A DNA stretch of 57,375 nt from Chitinophaga pinensis. GTDB taxonomy: Bacteria; Bacteroidota; Bacteroidia; Chitinophagales; LD1. Below the pieces are notes generated by a model. It did not search any database, was not told the DNA's origin, and worked only from the letters and a program-made list of their open reading frames with translations. The stretch spans positions 1 through 57,375 of the forward strand of contig CAMBIM010000001.1 of assembly GCA_945867505.1 (NCBI GenBank), given 5' to 3'. Numbering within the stretch: position 1 is the stretch's first letter; each line of letters begins with the position of its first letter. Both the position numbers and the translations under genes were made by a program. This document shows, piece after piece, positions 52,117 to 57,375 of the stretch.

Positions 52117-53169
52117 ATGAAAAAAATAATTTTTCTGTTGGTGTTGTTTTCGCTATCCGGTTGCAATAGTTGCAATAAAACCAAAAGTAGAGAAAAACCC
52201 GATGTGTCCGACATTAAGATTGATGTTCAACTACAGCGATTTGATAAAGATTTATTTGACTTGGCAAAATCAAATTGCGATGAAAAGCAAATTGAAGCCA
52301 TGCGAAACAAGTATGGTTCGTTCTTCGATTTTTATGTTAGCCAGTTTGTAATTGGCCCGCGCCAACCTGGAGATACCGCGCATATTGAAAAGGGCGCCTT
52401 GCAAAAATTTCTTTCCGATACTTACATTAGCCGAATTCAGAATTCTATCAACGCGCATTTTCAAGACACAAAAGATGTGGAAGAAGATTTATCGCAATCG
52501 ATTAAGTATTTCAAATACTATTTCCCCGATGCTACTGTGCCTAAAGTGGTAGCCGTAAATTCCGGTTTTTCTATTGGTGCATTTACATATGAAAAAGATT
52601 TATTGGGTGTGGGTTTAGACCAATATCTTGCTCCAAATTTTCCTGATTACGACAGTGCTGGAGTCTTTCAATATCTGCAACACAAAATGCGCAGACAATA
52701 CATTGCGCGAAACTCAATGGAAGTGTTGTATAATTTCTATTTCGGCAGCGAAGATTTATCGCACGGCAAAACTTTAATTGAGGCTATGGTAGATAAGGGT
52801 AAGAAGATGTATTTTCTCTCTTATGTTTTACCCGATGCACCGGATAGTTTGATTGTTGGCTTTACTCAAAAGCAAACCACTTGGTGCGAAGAAAGTGAAA
52901 TAGATGTATGGAAATTTTTGAACGATAAAGACTTGTTGTTTAAAGACAATTACATGGATCAGAAGAGATATTTGGATGAAGGTCCAACCATTACCGGTAT
53001 GCCGGCTGAATCTCCGGGTAGTCTTGGCAGTTGGATTGGCTTGCAGATAGTTCGAAAGTTTATGAAAGAAACAGGTGGTAAAATTTCGCTACATGATTTG
53101 CTTTTGAAGTATGATGCCAAAACAATATTGGCCAAAGCAAAATATCGTCCGTCAAAATCTGTTTTCTGA
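52117..53169 (+). CDS. Putative gliding-motility lipoprotein GldB-like
   Basis: About 350 aa with the lipoprotein signal MKKIIFLLVLFSLSGC. The size and the N-terminal pattern (...DVSDIKIDVQLQRFDKDLF...) resemble GldB as I recall it. Not verified. Confidence 0.4.
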   Translation: MKKIIFLLVLFSLSGCNSCNKTKSREKPDVSDIKIDVQLQRFDKDLFDLAKSNCDEKQIEAMRNKYGSFFDFYVSQFVIGPRQPGDTAHIEKGALQKFLSDTYISRIQNSINAHFQDTKDVEEDLSQSIKYFKYYFPDATVPKVVAVNSGFSIGAFTYEKDLLGVGLDQYLAPNFPDYDSAGVFQYLQHKMRRQYIARNSMEVLYNFYFGSEDLSHGKTLIEAMVDKGKKMYFLSYVLPDAPDSLIVGFTQKQTTWCEESEIDVWKFLNDKDLLFKDNYMDQKRYLDEGPTITGMPAESPGSLGSWIGLQIVRKFMKETGGKISLHDLLLKYDAKTILAKAKYRPSKSVF

Positions 53170-53183
53170 TAAGGGCAAAATTC

Positions 53184-53191
53184 TATATTTG
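53184..53191 (+). promoter_or_regulatory. Candidate -7 promoter box (TAtaTTTG)
   Basis: Exact TAnnTTTG match 23 nt upstream of the ATG at 53214. Confidence 0.4.
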
Positions 53192-53213
53192 AGTCAACTC
53201 ATTCTCGTTTTAC

Positions 53214-54068
53214 ATGTTAGATACAAAAGGCAAAGAACAGTGGTACGATAAGTTGGCGCGAATTTTCAATTCTACCATTTGCTTTTCGTTGGCGTATTCG
53301 GTTATTACTTTTGGCGGCTACTTAGCTATGGCTTTAGTAGGCAAAGTGTTTAAGTATGATGCTAATATTTATTATTTCGGTATTCGATTTTTCTTGAACG
53401 GGCACAAATGGTCGAAGCTGAAAATAACACTCATTTACTCCACCTATCCGCTATTCGCGCTGTTTTTCGGCTTGCTCATGCTTTACATTTTTGACCGCGT
53501 TAAAAAGAAGCCCGCTATTTTAAATGTGTTTTTGGTTTGGTGCTTTGTAATAGGCACAGCCATATTTGCCTCGCAGGGAATTATAGCCTCGCTGGGAGCT
53601 AACGAATTCAATTCGCCTTTCTATCAAAATTTCGCTGTGGTTTATGCGTGGTGGTTTTTGCCTGTGCCGTTTGTGTATGCCATGAACATTGTATTCTTTG
53701 CGCTCATGCTTTACTTCTCCATCAACTATCCAAAATTGTTCTTGCGTTTTTCTTACTCGTTTTCTAAGGTGAATAAATCGTCAAGACGCAGAGTTTATTT
53801 TATTGAAACTGCTATTGTGCCGTTTGTGTTGGGAGCTATTGCTACTACGGCTATTACTTTTCCTATGAACATTTTTGTCCATGCAGTTTATTTAATGGCA
53901 ATTGGTGTATCGCTGATGTTAAGTTGGATTGCGTTATTTTATTTAGAAGTGCAACAAGACGAAGTATTAAAATATAAAGTGCTTCAAAAATTTGGCTTTG
54001 TTATGCTGTTTGCGCTGGCACTTTTTGTAGGCTTTATTAAAATATCTTGGCGCGGAATTTTCTTTTAA
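53214..54068 (+). CDS. Hypothetical polytopic membrane protein
   Basis: 284 aa with about 8 hydrophobic segments. No motif recognised. Its stop lies 9 nt upstream of the XrtF-like gene. Confidence 0.5.
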   Translation: MLDTKGKEQWYDKLARIFNSTICFSLAYSVITFGGYLAMALVGKVFKYDANIYYFGIRFFLNGHKWSKLKITLIYSTYPLFALFFGLLMLYIFDRVKKKPAILNVFLVWCFVIGTAIFASQGIIASLGANEFNSPFYQNFAVVYAWWFLPVPFVYAMNIVFFALMLYFSINYPKLFLRFSYSFSKVNKSSRRRVYFIETAIVPFVLGAIATTAITFPMNIFVHAVYLMAIGVSLMLSWIALFYLEVQQDEVLKYKVLQKFGFVMLFALALFVGFIKISWRGIFF

Positions 54069-54077
54069 ATCCGTGTT

Positions 54078-54632
54078 ATGCGCGCGCTTCTTCAAAAAAT
54101 TTCTTATGATAAAAAATTACTCAAAGCGACATCGTTTGTAGTAAAGGTGCTGTTGGTTTATTTGATTTGGAAGATTTTATTTTTTCTGTTTAATCAGGAA
54201 GGAACAGTATTGAATAAAGTTTGGATTCTGTTTACTGATTGGTTTGCTTATATAACCATTCAGCCTGCTGCGTTTGTTCTCCAGAAATATTTTGGCTACG
54301 AGCTAATTTACAATCACCGTAATATTATCATCAACGGCACACCGGGTTTGTTTTTGGCTAACCATTGTTTAGGCGTTTCGGTTTGCGTTATTTTTTCGGG
54401 ATTTATAATTGCTTATAAAGGAAGTTGGCTACACAAGCTTTGGTATATACCTGTTGGTATACTTTGTATTTATGCCATCAACGTTACGCGCTTAGTCGGT
54501 TTGGGTTTTGTGCAACATTCATTCTCCACTTACTTTTTCGAGTTGGCACATACGCGCGTTTATTTACTGATGAGCTACGGTATGTTCTTTCTGCTAATTG
54601 TTTTATGGATGAATTATTTCTCGAAGAAATAA
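54078..54632 (+). CDS. xrtF: Exosortase-family protein, XrtF-like
   Basis: 184 aa, polytopic. The exosortase-type catalytic layout is Cys in LANHCLGVS, Arg in INVTRLVG and His in LAHTRVY. The size and the C-terminal WMNYFS resemble Bacteroidota XrtF as I recall it. Confidence 0.55.
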   Translation: MRALLQKISYDKKLLKATSFVVKVLLVYLIWKILFFLFNQEGTVLNKVWILFTDWFAYITIQPAAFVLQKYFGYELIYNHRNIIINGTPGLFLANHCLGVSVCVIFSGFIIAYKGSWLHKLWYIPVGILCIYAINVTRLVGLGFVQHSFSTYFFELAHTRVYLLMSYGMFFLLIVLWMNYFSKK

Positions 54633-55127
54633 TTATTCAGCAGTAAGATTCATTTTTTCAATAAGCGCAGGGCTTGCCCAATCTTCCTCTCCGTTTTCTT
54701 TCAAAATAACTTCATGTTTTGCGTTTAAAACGTAGCTGGTTGGAATACTGAATATATCATACTGCTGTAGCGGTTTTTTTGAATGAAGAATCAGGAAATC
54801 TGTTCCGCGTTTTTCTTTAAAATCTTGTAATCGTTCAACCGTTTCATCTGAAATTAGAATGAATTGAAAATTTTCTTTCGAAAGTATTTGTTGTGCAGAA
54901 GCAATAGAAGGCAACTCCTGTATACATGGTCCGCACCAGGTAGCAAAAAAGTTGATGAAGAGTTTTTTGTTTTGAAAAGAATCGATAGAAAATTTGTTGC
55001 CAGTTAAATCGGTTAACTCTAAAGTTTCGAGTTTCAGTTTTGGCGCAACACGATATTTGTTATAGAAGAAACCAGCAACAAGAATGGCTATTGCAAGTGC
55101 TGAAATGAAAATGAATTTATTCTTCAT
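54633..55127 (-). CDS. TlpA-like thiol-disulfide oxidoreductase (thioredoxin fold)
   Basis: 164 aa with an N-terminal anchor and the WCGPC active site (FFATWCGPCIQELP). Confidence 0.8.
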   Translation of the reverse strand: MKNKFIFISALAIAILVAGFFYNKYRVAPKLKLETLELTDLTGNKFSIDSFQNKKLFINFFATWCGPCIQELPSIASAQQILSKENFQFILISDETVERLQDFKEKRGTDFLILHSKKPLQQYDIFSIPTSYVLNAKHEVILKENGEEDWASPALIEKMNLTAE

Positions 55128-55747
55128 GCCAATTGAAAACGATTGTGGTAATCAACTGCGCTGTGACGAATTACTTCTAAGGCTTCCTCTCTGCCATATA
55201 CAGCAGCAATTTCAACCTTTCGTGTTCCAGATGAGCCGGGTAAGTCTTTATAAGTGAGAAAGTAATGCTTTAGCCGATTTACAATTGATTCGCTTAGCTC
55301 GTTGATGTCTCTATAATTTCCATACACAGCATCGTCTTTCATTACGGCAATTATTTTATCGTCAGCTTCGTTCTTATCAATCATTCTAAAACCGCCAATA
55401 GGAATTGCCTGAATCAGAATTCCGCCATTTTGAATATTTTTTTCTTCTAGCACCAAAATGTCCATTGGGTCTTGGTCGCCATTAATGTATTGCTTGCCTG
55501 TTTTTGCCATACAAAACTTCCCCACTTCTATATCGCAAAGCGTTTGAGGAATAAAGCCGTAAAGCGCAGGAACTACATTTGAAAACAATTGCGGTCTATC
55601 CACCTTTAGCCAACCGCTGGCTTTATCAATTTCATATTTCACTTTATCGGCAGGAACAATTTCGATAAATGCAGTAAGCAAATCAGGAAATTTTTCTCCG
55701 AAGGAGATTCCGTGCCAAGGGTGAGATTTGTATTGAGGAGCTTTCAT
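55124..55747 (-). CDS. ppa: Inorganic pyrophosphatase (family I)
   Basis: About 207 aa from the ATG at 55747, with AFIEIVPADKVKYEIDK, YGFIPQT, GDQDPMDILVL and DDKIIAV motifs. Confidence 0.85.
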   Translation of the reverse strand: MKAPQYKSHPWHGISFGEKFPDLLTAFIEIVPADKVKYEIDKASGWLKVDRPQLFSNVVPALYGFIPQTLCDIEVGKFCMAKTGKQYINGDQDPMDILVLEEKNIQNGGILIQAIPIGGFRMIDKNEADDKIIAVMKDDAVYGNYRDINELSESIVNRLKHYFLTYKDLPGSSGTRKVEIAAVYGREEALEVIRHSAVDYHNRFQLA

Positions 55748-55837
55748 TTCAGGAACGGAAAATTTAAAAATGGAAGAATGAATATTTGAAGGCAGGAGGA
55801 ATGCTACAATATTCAATCTTAATTATTCAATTGCTCT

Positions 55838-56644
55838 TTACCAACTTCCGCTGCTACCTCCACCGCTAAAACCGCCACCACCAAATCCACCGAAGCCACT
55901 TCCTCCTCCGCTACTTCCACCGCCTCCAAATCCGCCACCAATAAAAGGACCACCGCCCCAACCCCCACGGCTATAAGTTGTGCCTCTGCCGTTGCCCTTA
56001 AAAATCATAGGCAGAATAAAGAAAATAATAAAGATGATTAGGATAATAACCCAAATAGGTATCTGCTTATCGTTATCGCGCTTGTCGTTTACATACATGC
56101 CCGATAGGCGAGCCATAATTTCATCGGCTGCTTCATTAAAGCCGCCATAAAAATTGCCTTGTTTGAAATTGGGAACGAGTTTGTTTTTAATAATACGGTC
56201 GCAAATGATGGCACCCAATTTTTCTTCTACCCCATAACCGGTGCGGATAGAAATTTTACGCTCCTGCTTTGCCATTAAAATCATCACTCCGTTATGATTC
56301 TTTTTAGAACCAACGCCCCACTTTTCGCCCAATTCGGCTGTATAGCTTCCAACTTCTGCGCCTTCTAAACTTTCAATAATTACAATGGCAATTTGAGTAG
56401 AGGTAGAATCGTTGTAGGCTACTAACTTTTGCTCCAGTGCAGCTTGTTCATCCCCGGAAAGCACATTGGCAAAATCGTTAACTAAACGCGGAGGTGAGGA
56501 TTGAACGGGGAAGTTTTGCGCTTGTAGCAAGACGATAGATGATAGAAAATAGATAATAGATAATACAGCAGTGCGAAGTAATTTGTATTTACTGACAACT
56601 GTCAACTGCCGACTGCCAACTGAACTATCCTTCACTAATCTCAT
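55838..56644 (-). CDS. TPM-domain (YgcG-like) membrane protein with a glycine-rich tail
   Basis: 268 aa. The TPM domain (LVNDFANVLSGDEQAALEQKL...STQIAIVIIESLEG) is followed by a TM segment and a C-terminal GGWGGGPFIGGGFGGGGSSGGG tail. Confidence 0.8.
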   Translation of the reverse strand: MRLVKDSSVGSRQLTVVSKYKLLRTAVLSIIYFLSSIVLLQAQNFPVQSSPPRLVNDFANVLSGDEQAALEQKLVAYNDSTSTQIAIVIIESLEGAEVGSYTAELGEKWGVGSKKNHNGVMILMAKQERKISIRTGYGVEEKLGAIICDRIIKNKLVPNFKQGNFYGGFNEAADEIMARLSGMYVNDKRDNDKQIPIWVIILIIFIIFFILPMIFKGNGRGTTYSRGGWGGGPFIGGGFGGGGSSGGGSGFGGFGGGGFSGGGSSGSW

Positions 56645-57065
56645 TCGTCAACTCGTTTTTGTCGTTTGCTTGCAAAGGGAAATAATGCTTGAGGTGGTAA
56701 CCGGTTTCTTTAACGGCAAAAACAATTCCTTCTAAAAATTCATCTTGCTTAAAATGTCCGCTCATTACTTCCTTTATTCCATCCCAAAAATTGGCTGGCA
56801 CTACTTCGTTTATTCCTTTGTCGCCAATTATGGCGAACTTCTTATCGTCATAAGCCAAATAAATAAGTACACCATTTTGCTGCGCGGTTTCGTTCATTTT
56901 TAATTGAAAGAAAACTTCGGTAGCTCTGGATAGCACGTTTTCGTTTTTGCATTTGGCTTCTATGTGCAAGCGAATTTCGCCCGAAGTCATTTGCTCAGCA
57001 TCGGTTATTGCCTGAACAATTGACTTGCGTTCTTCTTCTTTAAAGAATTGTTTTTGAAAAAGCAT
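56625..57065 (-). CDS. TPM-domain protein (cytoplasmic type)
   Basis: 146 aa. FFKEEERKSIVQAITDAEQMTSGEIRLHIE...GVLIYLAYDDKKFAIIGDKGI is typical of the small TPM protein found in LemA operons. Confidence 0.7.
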   Translation of the reverse strand: MLFQKQFFKEEERKSIVQAITDAEQMTSGEIRLHIEAKCKNENVLSRATEVFFQLKMNETAQQNGVLIYLAYDDKKFAIIGDKGINEVVPANFWDGIKEVMSGHFKQDEFLEGIVFAVKETGYHLKHYFPLQANDKNELTNEISEG

Positions 57066-57067
57066 GT

Positions 57068-57375
57068 TTAGAACTTAACCTTCGGTGCGTTCTCTGTTCC
57101 TGCATCGGATTTAAAATAGCCCTTTGGAGTAAAGCCAAACAACTTGGCTGTAATCACAGCAGGGAAAGTTGCAGTGTTAGCGTTATAGTCGCGAACAATG
57201 TCGTTGAATTTTTTGCGCTCAAAGGCAATCTTGTCTTCGGTGCTGGCAAGTTCTACGCGTAATTCAGAATAACCTTTAACGGCTTGTAATTCAGGATACG
57301 CTTCAACCGTTGCAAGTAAACGTGATAAACTTCCGCTCAACTGACTTTGTGCCGCTTGATATTTAGCTACATCTT
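57068..57375 (-). CDS. LemA-family protein (C-terminal part; the gene runs off the window edge)
   Basis: ...YPELQAVKGYSELRVELASTEDKIAFERKKFNDIVRDYNANTATFPAVITAKLFGF matches the LemA C-terminal region. The reading frame is open to the end of the window. Confidence 0.8.
   Translation of the reverse strand, partial: DVAKYQAAQSQLSGSLSRLLATVEAYPELQAVKGYSELRVELASTEDKIAFERKKFNDIVRDYNANTATFPAVITAKLFGFTPKGYFKSDAGTENAPKVKF

Overview
This window looks like an ordinary chromosomal segment of a Bacteroidota genome, possibly Chitinophagaceae/Sphingobacteriia-like. The phylum call rests on four ORFs with T9SS type-A C-terminal sorting domains, GldB-like and XrtF-like genes, ribosomal protein THX, an IPExxxVDY-family gene, and TAnnTTTG -7 promoter boxes. 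About 53 genes are tightly packed, and most are recognisable housekeeping genes: purH, lpxD, gcvT, pyk, recG, hup, pdxH, mreBC, dgkA, lspA, ileS, ligA, ppa. I found no rRNA, tRNA, CRISPR array, integrase, transposase or phage genes, and no recognisable defence system.

Non-housekeeping content:
1. A two-gene surface-protein locus (13.5-18.6 kb). It encodes a 1101-aa collagen-triplet protein with a C1q-like C-terminal head that lacks a T9SS tag, next to a T9SS-tagged partner.
2. A tight operon of a class-III aminotransferase, a class II aldolase and a catalytically degenerate aldolase paralogue (37.3-40.0 kb).
3. A lipid-metabolism neighbourhood (41.8-49.1 kb) bracketed by a roughly 300-bp duplicated SCP2 module, one copy of which is fused to an acyl-CoA dehydrogenase.
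4. A GldB-like / membrane protein / XrtF-like run (52.1-54.6 kb).
5. A LemA-TPM-TPM module at the right edge.

Smaller oddities include a signal peptide left upstream of any canonical start codon (ATA where ATG is expected), a heptanucleotide microsatellite inside a CDS, and a perfect 18-bp inverted repeat between mreB and mreC. There is also a 470-bp gene-free region with two successive minus-strand terminators.

All functional calls come from reading the translated ORFs for motifs. No searches were run. I cannot show that any of these is a truly undescribed system. The surface-fibre locus and the aminotransferase/aldolase operon are my best candidates.
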